This document shows positions 26,510 to 39,473 of a stretch of DNA of 64,000 nucleotides, one piece after another (position 1 is the stretch's first letter; every line of letters starts with the position of its first letter). Made by a program: the position numbers and the translations under genes. The stretch spans positions 110,670,001 through 110,734,000 of the forward strand of contig NC_042999.1 in assembly GCF_006345805.1 (NCBI RefSeq), given 5' to 3'. The notes beneath the pieces were generated by a model. That model saw nothing but the letters and a program-made list of their open reading frames with translations. It was not told where the DNA came from and ran no database searches. The DNA is from Octopus sinensis (taxonomy: Eukaryota).

Positions 26510-26839
26510 TGTATATATTTTGAGGGATTAGTCCTTATAAATCTCTAAAAGGGATGCAGGCACAAAATAAAAAGTTTTTATCCAATTCATGACTGTCTCC
26601 TTTTTCTTAATTTGTATGTATGTATATGCATATACTTATTTACATACACTGAAGATACCTGAAAACACACACTCTAATATATACTTTAATAGGATTTTTC
26701 ATTAATAAACTATTACTGATTACTTCGTATTAGCTGAATTAGCAAGAAATTATTCAACCAAATAATAACAATGGGCATTCTGCTATCATGGCCTTCCCTG
26801 CAGTACCCACTCTTTCACACCATTACAACATGTATCTGT

Positions 26840-26870
<31 letters not shown>

Positions 26871-27088
26871 TGCACTAATACAGAAAGAATTATGCTCAAT
26901 TATTATTTGACAATCACACAAATGCACACTCATACACACACACACACGCACATATATGCTTGAATACATATGTGTTTGTGTGTGTGGGTATGTGTGTCTG
27001 TGTGTATACATACTCATATGTTTATATACATATATATGTGTGTGTGTGTGTATATATATACATATATATGTGTGTGTGTGTATATATA

Positions 27089-27295
27089 CAGGGTGTCCCA
27101 GAGGTCGCGCACCACCCTGGTTTTTTAAAAGAATACACCCTTACTGATTTCAAAAACACGTTATTGACATTAATCATAACAAATGCTCAAATGAGCACCC
27201 TCTACAATAAAACATACCAAAAAATATAATAAAATAAAATGCTTGAATTATTTTAAATGAAAACCAGAATGGTGCACGACTTCTGGGGCACCTTG
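27089..27295. mobile_element. Tc1/mariner-type MITE
   Basis: ~36-bp imperfect TIRs CAGGGTGTCCCAGAGGTCGCGCACCA / TGGTGCACGACTTCTGGGGCACCTTG; TA on both sides. Confidence 0.9.
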
Positions 27296-28498
27296 TATAT
27301 ATATATATATAAATAGATATGTAAGAATATATGTATGTGCACACACACACACACACATGCACACATATAAACACACATCAATCAATCTTTCAGAAGAAAT
27401 TAACTATAAATGATACTTAGATGGAAACGAGTTGTAAAAGACCAAGCTGACCTAGCCTTTTACCATATTGATATAAATTACAAGTTGTTTTCAAGCAATA
27501 AACTTAAATATAAATTTTATAATGAAATTTAGTAAAGCTACTCTAAACACCACTTTCAACACAGTCACAAACATGTACACACACACACACGCACATATAT
27601 GCACACACACACACACAACACACACACACACATATTATCACTCATACCCACATACAAATATTTATGCACACTTATAAACACAAAAGCATGCAGATATTCA
27701 CATTCATGCTCACATACATATACATAAATACACAAATGTATGCTCACACATTCACAGATGCATGTACATGCGCACACATGTGCACAAAGATATATTAGAA
27801 GCAATTGCTGATATCAGAGAACCAAATACAATTCCAGCTATTGGAATTGTTATATTATTGCCAAAGTAAAGGTTGAAATGCTTCAATGGTTTTCCAATAG
27901 AATTTTGCTCCGTTATTTTGTCAAAGATCTTTGTTTGGTATTAAAAATCCCTTTGTATTAATAAAAATATTATACCTTATTCATTCATTTATTTATTTAT
28001 TCTAAAAATGGGTGGATGGATGAAGGACTGTTAGGGATGGAAGGTGAGGTAGGAAGAAGTGGTTGTTTAAGCAAAGTTTTAAAAATTTGCTGAAATTGAA
28101 ATGCTGGAATAAACTTAAAGGGATTTGTTTTCTTGACATTTTCTGATTTCATATTGCAAGGCAAATATCTCCAAGAACAAATATGTTTTCTATTAAAGAA
28201 AGTTAATTCATTAAGGATCTGTTTCTCACTAACATTTCTAATATTCAATGAAGCCTATGGAATATGGAATAATGAGTTTAGTCTAATAATATTCTTTGTC
28301 AGATTAGATCTGTAAGCCATATTAGGAGTTGCATGAGATTGTGGTGGAATCAATTAATACTACATGAAAATTTACATACATATGCATAAACATGTATATG
28401 TATGTATACACATGTGTATCTATATATCAACCCATAAATATACATCATATATATATATATATATATATAATATATATATATATACACATACACACACA

Positions 28499-28564
<66 letters not shown>

Positions 28565-28654
28565 TACTTATGTATAGACATATACATATACATATATATC
28601 TGTGTGTATATGTATCTATGTATCGATGTATGTATATATATATGTATATGAAAT

Positions 28655-29650
28655 ACACATATAACTGCTCACCCATGAATGTGTTTCAGTTTGCAAGGCA
28701 GTACATTAGAGAGAACCGAGGCATAGTAGAGGAGTGTGTATGGAATAATAATGACATGCTTGCTCTTATTGATGCTAAAAGAGCAAGAAGTCTAGAAGTA
28801 CTAATAAGAGAAGCTGATCAATGTGGAAATTGTATAGTAGTTAGTAAAACTTTTTTAAGTATATCCAACAGTGGCACCTGCCATAAGAGATGACAACGGT
28901 ATGGTTGGAAGTGCAATTAAGTTATGAAAGCAGGTGAGACATCTAGTCCAGAGGGACGGAGGCTGTGCTACTTATATTATGTGATGGAGTAGGCACATGT
29001 TAATCACTTATACAATCAATCAGGTAGCACAAGAAGATATATGAAAGGCGCCATTGTCAACTGATACAAGAACAAAGGACAAGCACCAGAGAGAGAGGGG
29101 ATTGGGGTGGTAACTACAGAGGCACCAAGTTGCTAGACCAGGATATGTAAATTACAAAAAGGCTTATTGTAGAATTGATTTGGCATAGGATTAGCCTGAA
29201 TGTGATGCATTTCTGGAAGTGGTACCATTAATTTCATATTCCTTGTGGGATAACTGCAAGAGAAGTATTTAGTGAGGAGGTTTGTTTTTAGCCAAACATA
29301 AGGATCCATGTTTTCTAATTTGTTGTTCATGAAAGAAGCTAGGTGTAGATGAATGACTTATGAAGATTAAGTTAACCATATACAGTGGTGCAGCCAGCAA
29401 AAAACGTTCAGCAATGAATTTATTGTGCAGGAGGGAGTCCACCAAGGCACACATATCAAAGCCATTCTGTTTATTATAGTCACACAAGTCATAACAGAAA
29501 ATTTAAAACCAACTGCATACATCTGATAAAGTTCTTATAGTAGAATCTATAGAAGATATGGAGATAAAACTCCAGACATAGAACCAAAATGTGGAACTGA
29601 AGAAACTCAAATTAAACTTTAAAAAAAACTAAAGTTTGAGTGAGTAGGAA
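28655..29650 (+). mobile_element. RTE LINE RT-region fragment, heavily decayed
   Basis: [16 protein letters not shown]..; LQEKYL; KLGVDE; SNEFIVQEGVHQG..LFIIV across broken frames. Confidence 0.7.
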
Positions 29651-29689
29651 AGATGACAGGACTCTGCTTCCATCTAACAGTTATCTACG

Positions 29690-30200
29690 TTATTTTATTT
29701 TTCCTTGGTTTTTGAAGAAATGTTCACATCCACAGGGTATCTGAGCTCTATGACATGATTTTTCTTCTCTGTTCTAATCAAATATATCAAGCCTGTTATG
29801 TTAGCACTTGGCAAGAGTTTTGATGAGAATATTCCACCAGTATTCCTTGTGTTCATATATATGTATTCAGTTACAGGAACATTGTCTATATTTATCACAG
29901 AGTAGTCTTGTCTACGGATGGCATTGTTTATTTTCTTAGCTACATCATATCACAATGGGAGGTTGTGCTTTGATGACACTTTTGGCAGCTGCTGATCACA
30001 TACGTAATATCTTCCACAGGAGTGTGACATACTTGGTATTTTCGGTTATAGTTTGAGTGTTCAATGGCTTCACTGGGCCTCTTTTACTTGTTAGGTATTC
30101 TGCAGCTATCTTCAGCTTATGGAATGTAAAAGTATAACTTTTAACATGTAACATGACATCACAATTCTGCCAACTTTCGATCATTCTGTTTCTAATTTAC
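29690..30200 (-). mobile_element. Non-LTR retrotransposon fragment with REL endonuclease (R2/R4/NeSL type), decayed
   Basis: Minus frames: ISSC zinc-knuckle remnant, AIRRQD, EYWWNI..HNRLDI, IELRYPVDVNISSKTKEK. Confidence 0.65.
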
Positions 30201-30599
30201 ACAGTTTTTGTGAGAAGTGGCTAGTCAATAGCTTCACCTTGATTAGAATGGTACTTTATGTTATTGATCCTGAAGAGATGAAAAGCAACTTTGGCCGTGG
30301 CGGTATTCGAACTCGGAACCTAAAGAACATATTACAAATACTGCAAAGCATCTTTTCTGATGCTCCACCAGCTCTGGCAACTCAGCATCTAAGAGCGAAA
30401 AATAATGGTAATTAAACCAACAATGGACATTGGAACAAAACACAATGCAAGTGCTGGCTTGGAGAGATTTAAGGATAAAATTTTGCTGCATATTGTAAAA
30501 ATTTTGGTGAAGAGTCTATTAGCACTGCTAAAGAAGCTATGGCAAAGCATCCTGCCATTTTAAAAATAAAATATCTGACAAATAAAATTTTGAGACAGA

Positions 30600-30997
30600 T
30601 CTTTTACTCTTTTACTTGTTTCAGTCATTTGACTGCGGCCATGCTGGAGCACCGCCTTTAGTCGAGCAAATCGACCCTGTGACTTATTCTTTGTAAGCCC
30701 AGTACTTATTCTATCAGTCCCTTTTGCCGAACCGCTAAGTGACAGGGACGTAAACACACCAGCATCGGTTGCTAGGGGGACAAACACAGACACACAAACA
30801 CACACATACATATACATATATATACATATATACGACAGGCTTCTTTCAGTTTCCGTCTACCAAATCCACTCACAAGGCATTGGTCGGCCCGGGGCTAAAG
30901 CAGAAGACACTTGCCCAAGATGCCACGCAGTGGGACTGAACCCGGAACCATGTGGTTGGTTAGCAAGCTACTTACCACACAGCCACTCCTGCGCCTA
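30600..30997 (-). mobile_element. SINE family B, full length (tRNA-CORE head, internal microsatellite, 3' module)
   Basis: Reverse complement of 43890-44305. Further full copies at ~31775-32170, 37345-37747, 41295-41683, 47305-47700 and 61790-62125 (all minus); tail-only pieces at ~11420-11565, 31530-31765 and 61550-61770. Confidence 0.9.
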
Positions 30998-32759
30998 TGT
31001 CCACAATTACTGCAAATAAAATAATAAAACAAACAATACAAATTCTTATAGGGATTTTTAATTTTTAGAAATGCCTCTAGTTCAACATACATCAACAGAT
31101 GCAATATATCCTGGGCTCACAAATCCAGATGTTACAACCTATGTGAATTAAACCTAGGCCTGTCAATCACAGTAGCATGGTCACAAGTGGAAAACATGAG
31201 ATATGAAACATCGTAGTTAACTGCATCCTTTTCTACAAAACAGGTTTTCCACATATTTTTGTACAACTATTGTAAAGTATTGCAAGTTAAGTAATTTTAA
31301 GTATTTTCAAATTCACGAACTGTTTCAGATGATATGTGTGAAAATGTAAAAGTTATCTAAATACAACATCAAACTAGCAGAATCGTTAGCATGCCTGGCG
31401 AAATGCTCTGGTGGCATTCTATCTGTCTTTACGTTATGTATGTATGTATGTATGTATGTATGTATGTATGTATGTATGTATGTATGTATGTATGTATGTA
31501 TGTATGTGTGTATGTATGTATGTATGTATGTACGTATGTCTATGTGTGTATGTGTTTTTGTGTCTGTGTTTGTCCCCCACCCCACATTACTGCTTGACAA
31601 TCGGTGTTGGTGTATTTATGTTTCCGTAACTTAGCGGTTTGGCAAAAGAGGCTGATAAAATAAGTACCATGCTAAAAAAAATGTCCTGGGTCGATTTCTT
31701 TGACTAAAAGGTGCTGCTCCAGCATGGCTGCAACCACATGACTGAAGCAAGTAAGAGAATAAATGTATATATATATTACTCTTTTACTCTTTTACTTGTT
31801 TCAGTCATTTGACTGCGGCCATGCTGGAGCACCGCCTTTAATCGAGCAATTCGATCCCGGGACTTATTCTTTTGTAAGCCCAGTACTTATTCTATCGGTC
31901 TCTTTTGCCGAACCGCTAAGTAACGGGGACATAAACACACCAGCATCGGTTGTCAAGCAATGCTAGGGGGACAAACACAGACACACATACACTCATATAT
32001 ATATACATATATTCGACGGGCTTCTTTCAGTTTCCGTCTGCCAAATCCACTCACAGGGCTTTGGTCGGCCCGAGGCTATAGTAGAAGACACTTGCCCAAG
32101 ATGCCACGCAGTGGAACTGAACCCGGAACCATGTGGTTGGTAAACAAGCTACTTACCACACAGCCACTCAGTCACTCACATATATACATTGCCATAAGTA
32201 ATACAGACTACATAGTACAGAAAAGAAACATTTACTATATCAGTGTATATTTTATATGTTTAAAACATATTATTGTCTTGATGTCAAATTAAACCAAGAA
32301 ATATATACCATGTTCCCGGCATGACATCTTGAATATCAAACTTCAAGTAGATTGCTCAGGTTTCATGTGTTTTAAATATACTGCGGTGAAACAAATTTTT
32401 TGATATTCATGCTGTGTTGGCGTGCTCAGAGTTTCATATCAGGTGTCAATGTTGTACTGATATGCAAATGTGCATACCCTCATGTGAATAATGTACTCTC
32501 AACAAAGGGGTGATCAGAGTTAACCGAACTAATAAAGCCTGAAATCGCATTAAACTTGGTTAAATTTGATAATCATGTTACGATTGCAACAACTTAGGGT
32601 ATATTTCATGTTATTAATGGAACAGTAAAACTATATCCTTTTACTCTTGAGCTAATACTCACTCGCGTAATCACTTGACCTCCTAGAAATACCAGATAAA
32701 TCAAACCTTACAGTCGCAAAATATTGGTTAACGTAGTTTAGAAAATATATATATATATA

Positions 32760-32810
<51 letters not shown>

Positions 32811-32811
32811 G

Positions 32812-33110
32812 AACACTGTTCTATCTCCCGGAAGACGAAGCTCCACATCTACAAAGCATCGGTCCTCTCCATTATCCATTATCTTCTATGGAGCAGAAAA
32901 GTCCCCACTCCACTCGAAGGTCCTAGCAAAGAGAATTGATAGTTTCGGTAGCAGAGCTCTGGGAACCATCGCCAACATCAGATGGTACCATCACGTTTCC
33001 AACATAGATCTGCGTGCACGCACACACGCACGCAACAGCCCGTAGCATCCCACCTCATAGCTATCTGTCGCATGCACTGGTACGGACACGACCTCCGTTT
33101 GCAATACTCA
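32812..33110 (+). mobile_element. RTE-type LINE 3' ORF fragment
   Basis: FYGAE..LAKRIDSFGSRAL..IRWYHHVSN..HWYGH across frameshifts. Confidence 0.75.
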
Positions 33111-33407
33111 CTGACTGGTACCTATTTTATTAAGTCCACGAAATATTTATTATAAAGCGCATTTGCTTGAGATGTGAGCTTAGGAAATAACGGAGAGGAA
33201 CATAAAATACTGGTAGATATTCTGCTCGGCTCTTTGATATTTCTTCTCCTCACCGACCTACATGTGTATGTGTTTGTGTACGTATGCATATGTATGCATG
33301 TGTGTATGTATATATATCTTGTGTCTAGGAAGGGTCATTATGCCAGTAAAAACATTTTCTTAATAATAATAATGGTGGTAATAACAACTATAATAATAAT
33401 AATAAAT

Positions 33408-33626
33408 GGCGGCGAGCTGGCAGAATCGTTAGCACGCCGGGCGAAATGCGTAGCCGTATTTCGTCTGCTGTTACGTTCTGAGTTCAAATTCCGCCAAGGT
33501 CGACTTTGCCTTTCATCCTTTCGGGGTCGATGAATTAAGTACCAGTAACGCACTGGGGTCGATATAATCGACTTTGTCTGTCCTTGTTTGTCCTCCCTGT
33601 GTTTAGCCCCTTGTGGGTAAAAAAGA
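33408..33626 (+). mobile_element. SINE family A, young full copy
   Basis: GGCGGCGAGCTGGCAGAATCGTTAGCACGCCGGGCG..GAGTTCAAATTCC..TTTCATCCTTTCGGGGTCGAT..AAGTACCAG; CpGs retained. Confidence 0.92.
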
Positions 33627-33637
33627 AATATATAATA

Positions 33638-33668
<31 letters not shown>

Positions 33669-33671
33669 TAA

Positions 33672-33702
<31 letters not shown>

Positions 33703-33721
33703 AAGAAGAAGAAGAAGAATA

Positions 33722-34017
33722 GCAATGTTAGCGATGGTGTTAATACAAGAGGTAAAAAGAAACCTACACCTTTTATTCTAATGGGTGACCCGTCAAATAA
33801 AAACCACCATACCAATAAGAAATACAATAATAACGTAATTTGGATTATATTTCTTTTTGCTGAACATTTGAAGCCTAACTTTATAAAGTCTATTCGTTCT
33901 ATTATTAAATCTAATTTTAGTAAATCTAGGTATGCTGGGATATTCAATAACAGAATGATTAAATTTGGTTTTTCTGTTTCTCCTAACTTATTTAGGGTTA
34001 TTTCTTTCTCTAACAAT
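33722..34017 (+). pseudogene. Penelope-like element ORF remnant, part 1 (RT-thumb/linker region)
   Basis: NNVIWIIF..PNFIKSIRSIIKSNF..YAGIFNNRMIKFGFSVSPNLFRVISFSN aligns to the PLE motif IIWFNPP..KIFN..K.SYS..PN..II..HN. Confidence 0.6.
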
Positions 34018-34019
34018 TG

Positions 34020-35307
34020 AAAACTGTAATCAACTCATCGAGTTTCTTGAGGACGTTACCCAAATCACTGATCGCGGATCCTGGGTGGATGTTGTTTACC
34101 TGGACTTTGCTAAGGCTTTTAACTCTGTGCCACACAAAAGACTTATGGTGAAACTTTCTGCGTTGGGCGTAAGAGACGAACTCTATAACTGGTTGAAGTC
34201 CTTTATTTTCGGTCGGAAAGAGGTTGTCACAGTTCTAGGACAGCACTCTTCACCCTATGAGATGACATCTGGTGTACCACAGGGATCTGTTCTTGGCCTC
34301 CTTTTATTTGTTGCATATGTTAATGACATAGATGCCAACTTAAAGAATGCCACAGTGCTGAAATATGCAGATGACATCAAGCTGTACCTCGAAATAAAGA
34401 AGTCAGATCCTATACACTATAGATCTCTATTGCAAGCAGACCTGGACACAATGCAGCAGTGGATCATGGACTGGCAACTCAAGCTGGCTGTGGACAAATG
34501 TACCACCATGCATTTTGGGAGGAGAAACCCAGCGTCCACCTATTCCCTCCACAACACTAATCTCAAAAAGTCTTCGTGTGAACGTGACCTGGGTGTTATT
34601 GTCGACAGTGATTTGCGTTGGACAAAACACATCGCTAAAATTGTCAAGAAGGCTGAGGGTGTCTTGGCATCACTCACCAAATCCTTTGTGAGCCGCTCTC
34701 CGACTATCTATCTGCGGCTTTATATAGCTATGGTAAGACCTCACCTGGAATTTGCATCACCGGTCTGGAACCCCTATCTTGCCCAGGATATCAATCGTCT
34801 GGAAGCCGTTCAGCGACGTACAACCAAAAGAATACCCTCCATCAGGCATTTGCCATATTCCGAACGCCTTACTTCCCTGGGCATGGACACATTGAAACTC
34901 CGACGTCTGGCAGCTGATTTGGCAGACACCCATAAATTTATCAACCATCTTACAAACAATAACTCTGTGCACCTTTTCAAACTCCGCCCGTCTAACACCC
35001 GTGGACATATTTACAAAGTCAGAAAACAGCACAGCTCCCATGACTTTAGGAAACATTTTTTTCACGCTGAGAGTTGCTGAAGCATGGAACAAACTGCCGG
35101 CATCGGTTGTTAGTTGTCGGAGCACTGCATCCTTCAAAACGTCCATGTTTTCTGAGATTCGCCAACACTACACCTGATTTCCTCCCCTCCATACACACAC
35201 AAGCATGTATCTGACTCATACATTGCTCGCTTTCCAGACATTTGTACATTACTGCATACACTTTATACGCACTTTCTGACAAGTTGTGGTGCACCTGAGC
35301 ACTGTAT
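34020..35307 (+). mobile_element. CR1-clade LINE, 5'-truncated; RT nearly intact plus 3' UTR
   Basis: VDVVYLDFAKAFNSVPH, SGVPQGSVLG, KYADD, ERDLGV, VRPHLEFA..WNP. One frameshift in the T-run near 35058; true end ..NKLPASVV..SFK..TGA at 35175-77. Confidence 0.95.
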
Positions 35308-35498
35308 TTCGTCTGCCTTTACGTTCTGAGTTCAAATTCCGCCGAGGTCGACTTTGCCTTTCATCCTTTCGGGGTCGATAAATTAAGTACCAGTTACGCA
35401 CTGGGGTCTATATAATCGACTTAATCCGTTTGTCTGTCCTTGTTTGTCCCCTCTATGTTTAGCCCCTTGTGGACAATAAAAAAATATTATTATTATTA
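35304..35498 (+). mobile_element. SINE family A, 5'-truncated, fused to the CR1 3' UTR
   Basis: Begins mid-tRNA region at GTATTTCGTCTG; nearly identical to 33457-33620; ends in (ATT)n. Confidence 0.9.
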
Positions 35499-35499
35499 T

Positions 35500-36075
35500 T
35501 TTAAAATCTTTACTACAAGAATTTAACCTTCTCTGCTACTTATATTAATCCCAATTATTCAAATAGCTCTGTATCTTCTACCAACGATTCCATACTTACA
35601 CAAACTCTTCCTCTATACACATAACAATAGTACGTCTAATATTAGTATCATTTGTAACTGTAGAAACCCTAATACCTGTGAGGTTAAAGGTAATTGTAAA
35701 ATGAAAAATATTGCATATAAACCTATTATTACAACACATGATCTCTCTAGGTTTCATTATATAGGTTGCACACAGACCCCTCTTAAATTACGTTTGAATA
35801 ATCATAAATCATCTTTTAATGATCCTCGAAAAGAAAGTAGTACTAGTTTATCCAAAAAGGTATGGTAACTTAAAAGAGACAACGTAAATTTCTCAATTTC
35901 TTGGAATATTGCTTTTTTTCTGCCCCCTCTTACAGGATTAGAAATATAATCCTTTATGCCTTGAAGTGTCTTATATAATTATGGAAATGAACGGTTCTGT
36001 CTTAAATTCGAGAGATAAAAGAGTTTCCTCTTGTAAACATGTCCAAATTTCTTTTCATTAACTTTAAATAGTCTT
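35500..36075 (+). pseudogene. Penelope-like element ORF remnant, part 2: GIY-YIG endonuclease
   Basis: From 35653: CNCRNPNTCEVKGNCKMKNIAY..FHYIGCTQTPLKLRLNNHKSSF..STSLSKKVW*LK..ISWNI, then after a frameshift LCLEVSYII..LNSR..SSCKH. Confidence 0.85.
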
Positions 36076-36216
36076 ATTGATTACCTCTTTTTCATTTTCT
36101 TATTAGTTTTTATTACACTCTTAGGTTAGATGCATGTATTCTCTGTGTGCTTGTATGGGTATGTTTATGCACTTGTGGTCATGTTTTTATAAGTATGTAT
36201 ATATATAATATATATC

Positions 36217-36247
<31 letters not shown>

Positions 36248-38091
36248 TGTGTGTGTGTGTGGTGTGTGTGTGTGTATATATGTATCGGTGTGTATTTTTG
36301 TGTATGTATACTATATATGCATCTATGTATAATATATATATATATATATTATATATATATATATATAATATATATATATATATATAATATATATATTCGC
36401 ATGTCGGTATGTATGCATGTGTATACTTGTATGTTTTAGTGTTTGCGCGCATGAATGTATTTTATGTTCTTCGTCTACACGTGTATATACAAGTATATGA
36501 AGGTCTGTATGTATGTATACTTATTTTGTCTTTATATGCAGCTTTTTTCTTGTGTATGGATACATTAACACGCACGCATATACGTGTGTATATCTGTGTA
36601 TAAATATATGTGTGTATTTTTCTATATGTTTTTTATTTATGTTTTTTCTTTGGTGTAGTTGCATGTACATAGGTGTCTTTTTGTTTTTTGTTTGTGTGGA
36701 TGTGTATATATTATGAGTGTATTTGTATGTATGTGTAAATTTCGTATATATGTGTATGTATATAATCGGAGAGTTCCTTGTTTCCAATTTACAGGTGAAG
36801 GGGCGCTGTAGTTTCTGAAACTTTCTTTTCTATCCATCGGCTAGATACCCTCAGACATCCCTGGAAATAACTTCCTCGGAGATTACAGGTCTCTATATGG
36901 TGGACAAGCATCATTTTAAGAGGAAAACAAGCCCCTTCCCCCGCAAGAAAAAACGGAATGGCAGTGTTAATCCCATTGGGTCTACCTTACAGCAGTGAAA
37001 CTTGATTTCCTCTCCAGCATCACTTGCACGATGTTGAGAATATACCACCAGCATTGGCCAAACGATATTAACATCAGATTCAGAATTCCTCCTAGGCTGG
37101 AGCCACGTACTATACGCCTTCTGAACAATGGTATCAAACTGCTGTTATTATTCAGGTAAGGATAGATAGATAGTAAAGAGATTAGAGAAAAACTTTGTAA
37201 AGTGTGTAGAGGAAAATCATTTAACAATTATTTATCAATCGATTCAACAATTGTTTGGGATTCTTTGACAATAGATTGGCAATCGGTCAAGATTTGTTTT
37301 AAGAATGATAGGAGTGGCATGATAGAATTAGTAATAATTTTAAAAATCTTTTACTTGCTTCAGTCATTTGACTGCGGTCAAGCTGTGACATCGCCTTGAA
37401 GTATTTTTAGTCGAACGAATCAACCCCAGTACTTTTTTCAAAAGCTTGGTACTTAATCTATCGGTATCTTTTTCTGAACCGCTAGGTTACGGGGACGTAA
37501 ATGCACCAACACCGGTTGACAAGCGGTGGTGGGAGACAAACAGACATAAAGACACACACATAGATATACATAGATATATATACGAAAGGCTTCTTTCAAT
37601 CTCCGTTTACTAAACCCATTCACAAGACTTTGGTCGGCTAGCAGCTTTAGTAGAAGACACTTGACCAAGGTTCCACGCAGTGGGACTGAACCCGTAAACA
37701 TGTGGTTGGTAAGCAAACTTCTTACCACACAGCCATACCTGCGCCTAATAATACGGTAAAAATGGCAAAGTGTATAATTTCAAACATTATGGCCATTGCA
37801 GGTGTCCTAATTTTATTTAAAACTGGGCGTGCATGAACGTATGGGTACCTAAATCTTTGAATGTATACATACGTTAATAACTCAATATAATGATATAAAT
37901 CAAATATTCTAAGTATGATAGCGTTATAACAATAACTTTTGAGATATGGTTGTGCTGGTTATGGCTAACGAGACGTTTAGTGAAGAATGCAGCGTTTAGA
38001 ATCCGAGATACTGTGTATGAGTTTTTTATGCAAAAACATACGAGTTAAAGTAAATGTATTATTGGTGTTGAAAGGTATTTTATGAATATAA

Positions 38092-38488
38092 TCTTTATAT
38101 ATAAAAGAGAGGTTGTGTGCTGTCTGTCTCCTACGATTTAGATTCCTAACTACTCCCACATTTTGCGGTGCAGTTTAACCAAAACCGGGTATCTTATAGT
38201 CGTGATTCATATCGAGCCCTTCTGGGTATTAGCGTGCGTCTACGATGAGTCTACGATTTAAAAAAAAATTTACCATAAATTTTTCACATTTTTAATGCAT
38301 TTTTGGCATATATAAGGGAAGTAACTCTCTAAAAATTTATTATTAAATCTCAGAACGTAAAAAACTACAGTAACACCCCCCCCTTTGTGGTTAGCCATAT
38401 TGAGATGGCTATTATACTTTACCACTCTAAAAATGCTTATATAGTTATTTTCCTTACAAATCCGAGTAACGCCGGGCGATACTGCTAG
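38092..38488 (+). mobile_element. Non-autonomous Helitron
   Basis: A|TCTTTATATATAAAA start; 3' GAGTAACGCCGGGCGATACTGCTAG|T end; inserted between A and T. Confidence 0.75.
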
Positions 38489-39001
38489 TGATATGTAAAA
38501 GACGTAGACACTGCGTTGTCTTGGCTGCGTTATCTATTAGATATAAACTCTCAGTGTCGAATTGTGTACTTTTACGTAGGTACTTGGACCTGTACATATG
38601 AGATAAGAGCTTTTAAATTCAAATTTGTCTCAGGCTGGATTAGTAAGTTGATTTTCTCTGTTGAATGCAAGATATAAATTGCGGTTTTCTTGTCTATATC
38701 TTTCTACTTGAATTTATATCTCGTAACGCTTGATCGTTTAATGAACAGACGTACTTGGACAAGCTGATAGCTGCTCTGCTAGTTAAGTATAAGAAGAGGT
38801 GGGAAAATTGATAGAATCTTGATTTGTTAAGTTGATATAGGATATGGTTGTATCCTTTATAATGAAGACATGCTTAGTCAGAACTTATTTTTAGACATAT
38901 ATCGTCAAATGGGTACTTGTGTGGGTTGAGACAGTTGTATATTAGGAGGGGGTCACGGTATTGTATCATTTATATTTTTGACATACGTATATCTCTCTCT
39001 C

Positions 39002-39036
<35 letters not shown>

Positions 39037-39305
39037 CAATATACATATTAGTTAATGTAAGTGCATGGCCTAGTGGTTAGAGTATTACACTCATGATCGC
39101 GAGATCGTGGTTTCAATTTCTAGACTGGCTTTGCATTCACTTCGATACCTGACGCGTGGTTCACCGTAAACTTATTCAGGCAACGTTGATTCGATGACGG
39201 GAGTGAGTTATTGTGCGGCATATACATTTAATCATTATCAACAAATCATTTGTGCAGGTCGTTCGGCAAAAGCCGAACACTTGTACTTCGAAGGAAGAGT
39301 TCCTT

Positions 39306-39367
<62 letters not shown>

Positions 39368-39400
39368 CATACATACACATAGCTATCTTTATATATATAT

Positions 39401-39473
<73 letters not shown>

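Noticed and set aside
33408-33500. tRNA genes
   Set aside because: tRNA-like heads of SINEs A/B/C have A/B boxes but no complete cloverleaf and continue into SINE bodies.
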